Shown here in pieces: positions 19,346 to 29,399 of a stretch of 64,000 bases of DNA. The stretch comes from Candidatus Poribacteria bacterium (GTDB taxonomy: Bacteria; Poribacteria; WGA-4E; JAJDTR01). The position numbers and the translations under genes were made by a program. The notes under the pieces are model-generated. The model did no database searches. It was given only the letters and a program-made list of their open reading frames with translations, and had not been told where the DNA came from. Numbering within the stretch: position 1 is the stretch's first letter; each line of letters starts with the position of its first letter. The stretch lies in assembly GCA_965204085.1 (NCBI GenBank), contig CBDBEE010000003.1, positions 1,449,981 through 1,513,980 of the forward strand. Direction: 5' to 3'.

Positions 19346-20218
19346 GTGTTGAGAAATCTTATCAATTCTTCCATTGTTGTATTGTTCTTGACGGGTGGGT
19401 GTTTGTCCGCATTCGGTCATGGAGAAGCATCCACTCTGTTGGAGGATGTCAACAACGATGGTGTGGTGAATATTTTAGACTTGGTTATGGTGGCGAACGC
19501 CTTTGGGCAACCTGTCGATCGACATTCCGAGCAAAATCCGGATGTGAATCGTGACGGCACCGTTAATGTGTTGGACCTTGTTCGAATTGCCAGCCGCATG
19601 GGCGAAACCGCGGGAATCGATAACTCAACTTATCACGATATTCAGGACTATGTATTCAATAAGAGTTGTGCAACGAGTTACTGTCACGCAGCGCCGACAA
19701 ATGCCGGCAATCTGAATCTCACAAACAGGATTTCGTACCACGATTTAGTGGGGCGTGTACCGCAGAACCTCGCTGCGGCATCGGCGGGGATGAAGTTGGT
19801 TGATCCGGGCAACCCGGACAACAGTTTTCTTTTGACAAAACTCGTAGGACCAACATCTGCGGCACAGGGGGGACGCATGCCTTTGGCTGCTGGACCGCTG
19901 CACAGTGGGAAAATAGATGCAATCCGAAAGTGGATTGCCGCTGGGGCATCTCAGACTGATAAACTTCCTGGCGTCGGCGATCTCAGCGTGTTGCGCGATC
20001 CGCTCGAGACCTTTGAGCCACCTCCGGCGCCGCTGCCTGGTGAAGGTTATCAGCTCCGTTTACCACCCTTTATCATTGAACCCGGCACGGAGTTGGAAGT
20101 CTTTTACTCTAGACAGATTACCGACGCAACTGGACAACCGTTGCAGGAGGATATCTTCGTCAATACGTACGAATTGTGTATCCTACGGGCAGCTACCACT
20201 TCATACTGTATCGGATAA
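19346..20218 (+). CDS. Secreted protein with dockerin-like repeats and a PSCyt1-like domain, plus the start of a copper type II ascorbate-dependent monooxygenase (PHM/DBH-like) domain. Probably the 5' part of a frameshifted gene.
   Basis: Signal peptide. DVNNDGVVNILDLV and DVNRDGTVNVLDLV repeats. C..CH-like CATSYCHAAP...SFLLTKLVGP...MP...IRKWIAAGA resembles PSCyt1. Tail PPFIIEPGTELEVFYSRQ...EDIFVNTYEL resembles the PHM N-domain start. Reading frame ends at 20218. Confidence 0.5.
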   Translation: MLRNLINSSIVVLFLTGGCLSAFGHGEASTLLEDVNNDGVVNILDLVMVANAFGQPVDRHSEQNPDVNRDGTVNVLDLVRIASRMGETAGIDNSTYHDIQDYVFNKSCATSYCHAAPTNAGNLNLTNRISYHDLVGRVPQNLAAASAGMKLVDPGNPDNSFLLTKLVGPTSAAQGGRMPLAAGPLHSGKIDAIRKWIAAGASQTDKLPGVGDLSVLRDPLETFEPPPAPLPGEGYQLRLPPFIIEPGTELEVFYSRQITDATGQPLQEDIFVNTYELCILRAATTSYCIG

Positions 20219-20961
20219 CTGAAAAAGGGATAGAGGATGATATACTCAGCGTCGGAGTGACACCGGGGGTCGGGGTAAATCCCGAAGACTCTTTCCGAGT
20301 ATTAGATCCTGCGAATCCACAAGCACTCGGCAACTTTGGAAAGCATCGCGTCTACATCACGGGCACACAGACGAGCGGGAAGACGGTTTATCAATTTCCC
20401 GATGGTGTGGCTCTTCGGCTCGCAGGGGACACCATTTACGACCTGAACGCCCATTTCGTGAATTTGTTAGGTACCGAAGCGATAGAGGGAGAGGTCTACG
20501 TCAATTTCTACACCATTCCGCCAGAGGAGGTCAAGCACGAGGCAGTGGAGATTTTCTCCGCCAACACCGACCTGTTCGTTCCACCAGGAACGACGCGCGT
20601 GGCGATGAAAACCGAAACCGTAGAGGAGGAGATTGAGCGGCGCGGCTACGATCCGAACACCGTGTTGAATCTCCTTATGATTACGTCTCATATGCACCGG
20701 CACGGCGAGTTGTTTGAGATTTTTCAGATGTCGACAGGGAGTTTGCTGCATCGAAGCGTGGCTTACGACGATGCGCCAATCACGGTGTTCAATCCGCCGC
20801 TGGTGCTTGGTACAGACGATGGGATGACCTATGAATGCACGCATAATAATTACGATCGGGATGTTCCACTTACTTTCGGATTCACGTCCGAGGATGAGAT
20901 GGCTATAATCATGGGGTATTACTATCCCACAACTGAAAGTGTTGATGTCGCAAGTGAGTGA
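20176..20961 (+). CDS. PHM/DBH-like copper monooxygenase catalytic region. Probably the 3' part of the same frameshifted gene.
   Basis: H8, H93, H172-x-H174 (TSHMHRHG) and M242/246 have spacing like the PHM CuH/CuM ligands. GTG-initiated ORF with no signal peptide, in the -1 frame relative to the upstream ORF, overlapping it by 43 nt. Confidence 0.5.
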   Translation: MYPTGSYHFILYRITEKGIEDDILSVGVTPGVGVNPEDSFRVLDPANPQALGNFGKHRVYITGTQTSGKTVYQFPDGVALRLAGDTIYDLNAHFVNLLGTEAIEGEVYVNFYTIPPEEVKHEAVEIFSANTDLFVPPGTTRVAMKTETVEEEIERRGYDPNTVLNLLMITSHMHRHGELFEIFQMSTGSLLHRSVAYDDAPITVFNPPLVLGTDDGMTYECTHNNYDRDVPLTFGFTSEDEMAIIMGYYYPTTESVDVASE

Positions 20962-21040
20962 GAGGATGAATTTGAGAATTGCGATCTCAAAGCGTCCCAT
21001 GGGCAAGTTACCCAAACCACGAATTAGAGGAGGATTACCA

Positions 21041-21862
21041 ATGGTATTTGGACTAAGAGGAACACTTATCGTTACTTTGATAGCAATGATTGCTTTATGC
21101 GGCTGTGAGGAGGCCACAAATTTATTGGCAGGCGCGTTGTCGCCCGAGAATCAGGTGGTAGATCCGATTCCGGTTGAAGTAATGACTATGGAGGATACGC
21201 CAACAGAACCTATAATGGATCCCGTAGAAGTGGCAGCGATACCGGTCAAAATGGTGTGGCTAATCAACTATCCGCTGGGCGGAAAGGAGGATTATGTCGC
21301 ATATATCGCGTCCGTAGCGCCTGTGTTGCTTGCTCCGGAAGAGCTTAATCGGGCTGCATCCTACGACAATGTTGACGGTTCCAATCCGCACCGCCTTGTT
21401 GAGTACGAATTTGACAGTTTTGCCGATTTGGCGCACTATCTGAACCGTCCTGAGATCGCGGCAGTCGCTGCCGATTTGCCAAACTACACCAGTAGCGCGA
21501 GTACGCATATATTTATTCAGCGCGGCGATTATTCAAAGAACGAGAGCACCAGCCGGCAGGTTAAAACCGTCTACTTGGTTGACTATCCGCTTGGAGGAAA
21601 AACTGAGTATCTGGAATGGATTGCTTCTATAGCGCCGATGCTACAAGCCCCCGAAGAGGTAAAGCGGATAGCATCCTATGACAACTATTATGGAGTGTCC
21701 CCGCATCGGTATGTAGAATTCGAGTTTGATAGCTACGAAGAGGCGAATACGTACCAAGAACTCCCGTACGTACAGCAGCATGTTAATGCGGAGCTACCTA
21801 ATCGAACCAGCCGCACGTCTGTCCTAACCTTTGAGTTGCGATCTGATTACATCAACGAATAG
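21041..21862 (+). CDS. Lipoprotein of unknown function built from two tandem paralogous domains of about 100 aa.
   Basis: ATG at 21041 after AGAGGAGG. Signal with LIAMIALCGC. Repeat 1 VWLINYPLGGKEDYVAYIASVAPVLLAPEELNRAASYDN...EYEFDSF and repeat 2 VYLVDYPLGGKTEYLEWIASIAPMLQAPEEVKRIASYDN...EFEFDSY. Confidence 0.5.
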   Translation: MVFGLRGTLIVTLIAMIALCGCEEATNLLAGALSPENQVVDPIPVEVMTMEDTPTEPIMDPVEVAAIPVKMVWLINYPLGGKEDYVAYIASVAPVLLAPEELNRAASYDNVDGSNPHRLVEYEFDSFADLAHYLNRPEIAAVAADLPNYTSSASTHIFIQRGDYSKNESTSRQVKTVYLVDYPLGGKTEYLEWIASIAPMLQAPEEVKRIASYDNYYGVSPHRYVEFEFDSYEEANTYQELPYVQQHVNAELPNRTSRTSVLTFELRSDYINE

Positions 21863-21935
21863 TCGGGTATATACTCTACGCTGTTGGACGTTGCGTTTTT
21901 AAGAGTCAAGAAATGGAGCATGAGTTTTGCCGGCG

Positions 21936-21985
21936 GTAGGAGGGAATTCCGATTCCCGACCGTCGCGATTCGGAGATCGCTCCTA
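21936..21985. repeat. REP-like palindromic element, family 1 doublet.
   Basis: GTAGGAGGGAATTCCGATTCCCGAC CGTCGCGATTCGGAGATCGCTCCTAC. 5' GTAG and terminal CTAC, hairpin-forming. Nearly identical copy at 36139-36193. Confidence 0.55.
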
Positions 21986-22170
21986 CAAACCTTCGGTGCA
22001 CAATTGCGCAGAATTAACCGGTGCTAAGTATAGGTGTCTTGATGACAGTTTCGCCCTTCTCTCTAATGATGCGAGTTGGGTTAAGAATGGACGGAAATTG
22101 CAGATTTGGAAGCTAGTCTCCGCTGAAAAGGAATGCATGCGGATCTGGATGAAACGATTGGATTCTGAGC

Positions 22171-22563
22171 ATGACAAAGCCCATCATCATAGATCAGGAA
22201 GTGCTATCGTGGGAGGGGTGGGAAGATGCGGAAGTCGCTGCCAAGAGCGCGATACGTTGGAAGATTCTAATTTCCAGCGAGCGAGGTCCAAGCGCAGGGC
22301 TAGTTACCGGTTTGGCGGAGTTTCCAGTCGGCACTCGACTGCCACTTCATCACCACGAACCTCCGGAGACCTATTACATCGTCAGTGGGCGGGGCAACAT
22401 GGTAATTGACGGTCATGAATCAGACATCGGACCGGGGTCTACAGTCTACATCCCGTCTAATGCCAAACACGCTGTATGGTGCACCGGAAATGAGCCGTTG
22501 GTTTTCGTGTTTTCCTTTGCGTGCGATCGATTCGACGAGATTGTCTACCACTTCGACGAGTAG
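22171..22563 (+). CDS. Cupin-domain protein.
   Basis: LPLHHHEPPETYYIVSGRGNMVIDGHE...GSTVYIPSNAKHAVWCTG has the two cupin motifs G(X)5HXH and G(X)5PXG...H. Confidence 0.65.
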   Translation: MTKPIIIDQEVLSWEGWEDAEVAAKSAIRWKILISSERGPSAGLVTGLAEFPVGTRLPLHHHEPPETYYIVSGRGNMVIDGHESDIGPGSTVYIPSNAKHAVWCTGNEPLVFVFSFACDRFDEIVYHFDE

Positions 22564-22597
22564 TCGGATTGTGAAGGGGGCTATTTAAAGAAACATA

Positions 22598-23071
22598 ATG
22601 CCCTACGATGTCGAAAAACAGATTCAGGAGGCGATGGAACGGGGCGACTTCGAGAAGTTGCCCGGCAAGGGGAAACGGCAGGAGTTGAAAGTAAACCCGT
22701 TTGTTCCGAGTGAAACCCGCATAGTCAACCAGATGCTCAAAGACAACGGATTTGCACCGAATTGGATTGAGGTAGACAAAGAAATTCGTGCCGAGTGCGA
22801 ACAATCCAGAAAGATGCTGGGGAACATCAAACGGCGCCGCCGACAGCTAGAAGCAGCGATTCGTGCCCAACCACTCAAAAGCGACAGGGTACGTCGGGGT
22901 TTTGAACTTGAGCGAAAACGGGCGCTAGAGACATACATAAGCCAACTGAAAGGGCTTAATCAAAAGATTCTCAGATATAATCTTACAGCGCCAGGGCGCA
23001 GTAGACAGAAGTCTATGTACAACCTTGATGACACGATAGCTCAATTTCAGAAGGAGTACCCGAGCCTTTAG
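22598..23071 (+). CDS. DUF1992 (DnaJC28-like) domain protein.
   Basis: IQEAMERGDFEKLPGKGKRQELKVNPFVP...MLKDNGFAPNWIE matches the conserved DUF1992 N-terminal pattern. Confidence 0.55.
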   Translation: MPYDVEKQIQEAMERGDFEKLPGKGKRQELKVNPFVPSETRIVNQMLKDNGFAPNWIEVDKEIRAECEQSRKMLGNIKRRRRQLEAAIRAQPLKSDRVRRGFELERKRALETYISQLKGLNQKILRYNLTAPGRSRQKSMYNLDDTIAQFQKEYPSL

Positions 23072-23133
23072 AGTTTGTTCGAGTGATAGATGAAAAAGCC
23101 GTTTTTGGACATTTGAGGCTATTACTTGTGGGA

Positions 23134-23180
23134 TCTCTATCGCATTCGCTATTGGTGGTTTGATGGTCACTAGCGCTTTG
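23134..23180. repeat. Family 2 interspersed repeat.
   Basis: cttgtgggatctctatcgcattcgctattggtggtttgatggtcac, at the right edge of the accessory island before atpD. Confidence 0.5.
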
Positions 23181-23294
23181 AAAGGCTGGTGTGCAATGCG
23201 CACCCTACGAGTCTAGCGTCCATTTCCGCAAGAAGTACCCTAGTAGTAAAAGGATAGATAAGTCAGAACTAGAAATGATATGTACGATTTTTAG

Positions 23295-24719
<1,425 letters not shown>

Positions 24720-24795
24720 GCCAGACAAGAGCCATAGGAGGCGGCGCTTAACATCAACAGCCGAAAACGCAATATTTTTTATCTAGTGAATAGCC

Positions 24796-25203
24796 ATGCT
24801 TGAAAGAAGATTCCACCTCGAAATCCGAACACCGCAACAACTTATCTATGAAGGCGACGTGAGCAGTGTCAGGGCACCCGGCGAACTCGGATCATTTGAA
24901 ATCTTTCCGGGCCACATTCCTTTTTTAACGGTTCTGGAAACGGGTGAGGTTCGTATCCGGGAAACCGATACACCTCAGTCATTGGCAATCAGCGGCGGGG
25001 TTTTTGAAGTGTTGCGGACAGGGGTCACCGTGTTGTCCGACACGGCGGAATGGGCGCACGAGATAGATGTAGAACGTGCCGAGACGGCTCGTCAACGCGC
25101 TCAGGAACATCTGGCATCGGGAGATTCCGAGATTAACCGAGAACGCGCAGAAGCCGCATTAGTCCGCGCCACGAATCGGATAAAAGTCGCAACTTCCTTG
25201 TAG
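24796..25203 (+). CDS. atpC: F0F1 ATP synthase subunit epsilon.
   Basis: 135 aa. LEIRTPQQLIYEGDVSSVRAPGELGSFEIFPGHIPFLTVLETGEVRI is an epsilon beta-sandwich. Confidence 0.85.
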   Translation: MLERRFHLEIRTPQQLIYEGDVSSVRAPGELGSFEIFPGHIPFLTVLETGEVRIRETDTPQSLAISGGVFEVLRTGVTVLSDTAEWAHEIDVERAETARQRAQEHLASGDSEINRERAEAALVRATNRIKVATSL

Positions 25204-25224
25204 GGCTCGCACCATTGCCACCGG

Positions 25225-25265
25225 CGTGTCATGTCCTAGGATGACCGCCAGTTTTTGTAGGGTGG
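25225..25265 (+). terminator. Putative rho-independent terminator of the atp operon.
   Basis: Imperfect GC-rich hairpin ccggcgtgtcatgtcctaggatgaccgcc followed by agtttttg, 25 nt after the atpC stop. Confidence 0.35.
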
Positions 25266-25326
25266 CATATACCTCTATCGCCACTTCATCCTCCTACGCA
25301 TCACGCTTTACGACTTACGCATTGTC

Positions 25327-26085
25327 TCACACCATCCGCCGGTAGTGCTTCGTTAATTCCTCCAAATTATCCTCATCATCTGTACTATTCCTGTCAGAGG
25401 ATACATCCATCTGGTGTTCAAAGAATTCTTTGGTAGTGCGGTAGATGTCATCCGCATCTGATCGTCTTGGACGGCCGCCGGAGAGGTGGATCATATCGCA
25501 CGTTCGAAGAATTTCCCCAACATGATCCGCCACCGAGTTCGTCAGATCGTCCGGCAGCAATCCCAAGATCTCTCCGGTCGTGGCGTCAAGCGTCTTAATA
25601 CCGTATTTCTGCTCAACATACCGCTTCACAATGGAGGAGATTTTGTTGTAATATTCATGGGAATCTTTATGAGAATGATAAGAGGAGATTTGTTTCAACT
25701 CACGAAGTGACAAGGCTTCAGGCGAATCCCACTGGGGGTCTGAGGATATAAATCGCTCCTGCTGTGCTGCCGGCGGGGAATCCATCAAATGCGATGGCGT
25801 TGTCGAGGTTCGCGGATTAGTAGGTACTCCGCTTGGGATTTTGGATTGGACGACGCGACGAACACTGTGCGTGAACCCGCTGCGCCTTTTCCCAATCCAT
25901 GAGTAGATTCCTACGCCAACCGCAGCGAAAACCACTATCCACACAACAACCCATACAATTGCGGAGAGCAACCCGGATGAATGCGCGTCGGGATCTGTCT
26001 CTTGTGCAAATAACTCAGCGTTTCCGGATGTCAGAAGTATGAGGGATGACAAGCCGCAAAGGGCAAACCTCGTTAATCGTTGCAC
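25327..26085 (-). CDS. Hypothetical exported or membrane protein.
   Basis: Signal peptide plus one TM (IVWVVVWIVVFAAVGVGIY), then a low-complexity hydrophilic region. No family recognised. Confidence 0.4.
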   Translation of the reverse strand: MQRLTRFALCGLSSLILLTSGNAELFAQETDPDAHSSGLLSAIVWVVVWIVVFAAVGVGIYSWIGKRRSGFTHSVRRVVQSKIPSGVPTNPRTSTTPSHLMDSPPAAQQERFISSDPQWDSPEALSLRELKQISSYHSHKDSHEYYNKISSIVKRYVEQKYGIKTLDATTGEILGLLPDDLTNSVADHVGEILRTCDMIHLSGGRPRRSDADDIYRTTKEFFEHQMDVSSDRNSTDDEDNLEELTKHYRRMV

Positions 26086-27509
26086 AAGTCGTATTCCTTG
26101 ATTTTTCTGAAAATTGTTCTCTTGTTGACGCCCAAGATTTTCGCAGCCTTGGCTCGGTTATTTCCGACGTAATCGAGGGTTGCTCGGATGGCTTCCTCTT
26201 TGATTTCGTTCATCGACATACCGACCTCTACATTCAAACGGCGGTCGGAATCCACAGCCGGATCTGCATTCACAGCGGTCGGTGCGGAAAAGACAACAGG
26301 GGCGCCGATTCCGGTAAACTTGAGAACACGCTCCGGGAGATCCACCAAATCCAACTCACGACTGTTCGACATCACGACCATCCCTTCGATACAGTTTCTG
26401 AGATCGCGCACGTTCCCGGGCCAGTCGAATTTCATGAGCGCCTTCAACGCATCCGGAGAAATGTCTTTTGACGCTTTGCGGTTTTCTTGGCAAAATTCCT
26501 CAATAAAGGATTTGACCAAGAGCGGAATGTCTCCTTTTCGTTCGCGGAGAGGCGGCAGATATATCGAAATTACGTCAAGGCGATCGTATAGATCCGCCAT
26601 AAATTTTCCTTCCTCGACCGCCCTCTCCAAGTCACGATTTGTTGCACAGACGACGCGGACATCCACTTTTACGACTTCAACCCCGCCAACGCGATGAAAT
26701 TCCCTTTCCGCCAGCACCCGCAACAGCCTAGCTTGATTCGATAAACTCAACTCGCCAATCTCGTCAAGCAAAAGCGTGCCGCCGTTGGATGACTCAAATT
26801 TCCCTTTTCGTTGCTGATCGGCGCCCGTGAACGCTCCACGTTCATATCCGAAGAGTTCCGATTCTGCTAGACTCTCGCTCAGTGCGGCGCAGTTAAAGAC
26901 GACCAGCGGTCCTCGCCGCAAACTTCGGTGATGGATAGCACGGGCAACAAGTTCCTTTCCGGTGCCGCGTTCGCCGCGTATCATGACCGTCGATTTCGTC
27001 GGTGCGACCTGAGCGATGATTTCCCGAACCTCCTGAATATGTTGGGAGTGGCCGGTGAGTCGGAGCAAGCCTTCTCTTTCATCAATCTGGGACTGTAATT
27101 GTCGGTTTTCCGCGGTAAGTCGCTGGTTTTCAAGAATCTTGTGCAGGAGCGCTTTCAAATGGATGGGATTCGGAGGCTTCGGCAAGAAGTAGCTAGCTTC
27201 GTGATGGAGCATCGCTTTTATCCCTACGTCTGTCTCCAGGACATCGTGAGTCGTCATGAAGATCACGCCCACGTCGGGATGCTTCTGTCGAGCGGCTTCC
27301 ATGAGCTGCAAGCCGTCAAGTCGGTCTGCCTTTAACGGTGCGACGAGTATGTCAATCCTGAGACGGTCAATCCGATCCAGCGCTTCATACATGTTCCGGG
27401 TGATGACAAGATGGAGTCCTTCACCCTCAAGCGCGCGGCATACGGTTTCACGCTCTCTTTGGTCGGGATTAACGACTAGGACGGTTTTCTGTTGGCTCAT
27501 TGGTTTCAA
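26073..27509 (-). CDS. Sigma-54-dependent Fis-family transcriptional activator (NtrC-like) with a degenerate receiver domain.
   Basis: AAA+ domain with GERGTGKELVARAIH and GAFTGA. C-terminal Fis HTH AKAAKILGVNKRTIFRKIKEY. The receiver lacks the acidic DD pair (VLVVNPDQ) and the phospho-acceptor Asp (DILVAPLKADRLDG). Confidence 0.85.
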   Translation of the reverse strand: MKPMSQQKTVLVVNPDQRERETVCRALEGEGLHLVITRNMYEALDRIDRLRIDILVAPLKADRLDGLQLMEAARQKHPDVGVIFMTTHDVLETDVGIKAMLHHEASYFLPKPPNPIHLKALLHKILENQRLTAENRQLQSQIDEREGLLRLTGHSQHIQEVREIIAQVAPTKSTVMIRGERGTGKELVARAIHHRSLRRGPLVVFNCAALSESLAESELFGYERGAFTGADQQRKGKFESSNGGTLLLDEIGELSLSNQARLLRVLAEREFHRVGGVEVVKVDVRVVCATNRDLERAVEEGKFMADLYDRLDVISIYLPPLRERKGDIPLLVKSFIEEFCQENRKASKDISPDALKALMKFDWPGNVRDLRNCIEGMVVMSNSRELDLVDLPERVLKFTGIGAPVVFSAPTAVNADPAVDSDRRLNVEVGMSMNEIKEEAIRATLDYVGNNRAKAAKILGVNKRTIFRKIKEYDLCND

Positions 27510-27639
27510 CCAATACGTTGGGAAATTCGGATATGGGACAGAATTTGACCGGAAATGATACCTTATTCACGTAATTTCGTCAAGCGGAATGCAAAGTGTC
27601 TTCTACGTCAATTTTGGTCGAAGGCGCAATGATTAGGAC

Positions 27640-27927
27640 GTGGAGGAAAGGGGAGGTATTCGAGGTTGGGGCTGGAAGGGTGGAAGTTTGGAAGGATGGA
27701 AGGGGCATGAAGGCAGAGAGTTTTCGATTTAAGGGATTGCGTAGTCTGAATCACGGATGACACGGATTAAAGGATTTCACGGATTAAGACTCCTATTCAG
27801 TGCTATCTCGCGGCTCGAGAATCCTAGCTAAGAAAAGCGGGTAACCAGTGATTTGATATTCAACCGACGAATCGCTAAGGGAACTCTATCGCACTAGGAC
27901 TTCTGTCGCGATGGATTTGCTATCGCC
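27640..27927. repeat. Composite repeat: GGA-rich purine tract, a CACGGAT x3 motif, then a family 2 unit. Left flank of the PhyH-like gene.
   Basis: ggaggaaaggggagg...tggaagggtggaagtttggaaggatggaagg... gtctgaatcacggatgacacggattaaaggatttcacggattaag, then gggaactctatcgcactaggac at 27879. Directly repeated at 29400-29872. Confidence 0.5.
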
Positions 27928-28175
27928 TTCCTTATCCAGTCAGTTGATCCCATCCTACAATGACTATGGGACGGCATAGGGGCTGACCCCTACAAGGCGA
28001 AACGATAGTTTCGGATCCCCTCTATTATTCCGTATACGCTCGTTGTTTATATCTGTTATAATCTCAATGGAGTGCGTCTCGTTCTGATCCAATGGCAGAT
28101 AGGCAGGTTCATGCTATGCTAATCTATCACTTCTATTCCCAGCTAACGCTAAGGGGCTGAAAGCGATCAAAAGGA

Positions 28176-29354
28176 ATGAAAATGGACATTTATCACTCAC
28201 CTTCGACTATGGACTCTGAACCAGTCCAGAAAAGTTACCGCGCCACGGCGTTTGCGGATGCGAAGCCGGAACTTGCGGCGCCGGGGGCTACGCCTGAGCG
28301 TTTGGAACACTTGAAAGAGCACGGTTTCGTGATTATCACCGACTTTGTCCGCAGTCCTTGGATTCCGATTCTGCGTGAAGCCGGCAGCCGTGTCACCGAG
28401 GCATGCGCTCCCGAGAACGGCTACAGCAAGATTGACTGCTCCAAAGGCTACGTGCACCGGGCAGCTGAGGATGAGCCGTGGGCAATCAGAGGAATAATCC
28501 ATCCGGCTTTCGGCGAGTCCAGTTTTGCCGAATTCTACGGTTCGGAAGAGTTTCTCCGTTTTATCCACGATTGGTGCCACGGGTTACAACCGGAAGATCT
28601 CGTCATGAGTCCGATGCTCCTGTGGTGCAATCCCCGGCGGAACGAGAATGGGCCAAGTTGGCATCGAGACACGACATGGTGGGGTACGGGCAAGAGCTAT
28701 TTCGCGCAGCGACCGGAACAGGAGGGGCCTGAAGCTTATTCGGAGGAGGTTGAAAGGCGCCGCTGGAAAGAGATCCAAGAAGAAAATCTGAAATCAGTCG
28801 CCGAGCGAAAGGGCGTAAGTATGTTTCTTGCGCTTGCCGACGATGAATGCCATGAGCTGATTCCCGGAAGCCACCACCGGTGGCGGACGCCGTTTGAACA
28901 CGATGTGCTATTGCCGAAAGCCATGAAGGATCAGGGCGTGCCGTACACGCCGAGTTGGAACGGCACCGATCCGCTGCCGAATCAGGTTGCGATTCGGCTT
29001 AAGCCGGGGGAAGCGCTCATCCGGAACGGCGCCACCATCCACACGGGGCACACTGTTCCCGACCGCGAGCGCAACACATTGGCAATCGGTTGGAGTAAAT
29101 GGTCGGGGCCATTCACGGAAGAGCCAGCCGTGTCGGATGTGCGTAACGCATGGCAACTCGATCCCGCGGTGCGCGAGGCGCTGCCGTATGAGTGGATGAA
29201 GACGACGTGGGATCGCTGGGCTGAGACGGTGAAACTAGGGGATACGCTTGAGGACCGCTACACCGGGTTTGACATCAATAACATCAAGGCAGGGCAACTA
29301 TTGGGTTGGCGTGGCGAGTTGGAGTGTCAAGCGGCGGCGGCTGGAGAGGCGTAA
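28176..29354 (+). CDS. Phytanoyl-CoA dioxygenase (PhyH)-like Fe(II)/2-oxoglutarate oxygenase family protein.
   Basis: GFVIITDFV near the N-terminus. WHRDT and LIPGSHH (H-x-D...H facial triad candidates). Distal GATIHTGHT. Confidence 0.5.
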   Translation: MKMDIYHSPSTMDSEPVQKSYRATAFADAKPELAAPGATPERLEHLKEHGFVIITDFVRSPWIPILREAGSRVTEACAPENGYSKIDCSKGYVHRAAEDEPWAIRGIIHPAFGESSFAEFYGSEEFLRFIHDWCHGLQPEDLVMSPMLLWCNPRRNENGPSWHRDTTWWGTGKSYFAQRPEQEGPEAYSEEVERRRWKEIQEENLKSVAERKGVSMFLALADDECHELIPGSHHRWRTPFEHDVLLPKAMKDQGVPYTPSWNGTDPLPNQVAIRLKPGEALIRNGATIHTGHTVPDRERNTLAIGWSKWSGPFTEEPAVSDVRNAWQLDPAVREALPYEWMKTTWDRWAETVKLGDTLEDRYTGFDINNIKAGQLLGWRGELECQAAAAGEA

Positions 29355-29399
29355 GAAACATTTCAGAGATTGGAATAAGCGCGGAGTGTCTAAGGTTGG

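Noticed and set aside
19620-19720. C-ATSY-C-H as a haem c attachment site
   Set aside because: It is C-x4-CH rather than canonical CxxCH. Kept only as a PSCyt1-like domain marker and not called a cytochrome.
21927-22409. 160-aa plus-strand ORF starting in the REP doublet
   Set aside because: Translation runs through the palindromic repeat at 21936-21985 and non-coding spacer. Arg/Ser-rich junk. The real gene here is the cupin at 22171.
27640-27790. Possible CRISPR array from GGAAG repeats
   Set aside because: Repeat units are 5-7 nt purine motifs without regular 25-40 bp repeats and unique spacers. Not a CRISPR.
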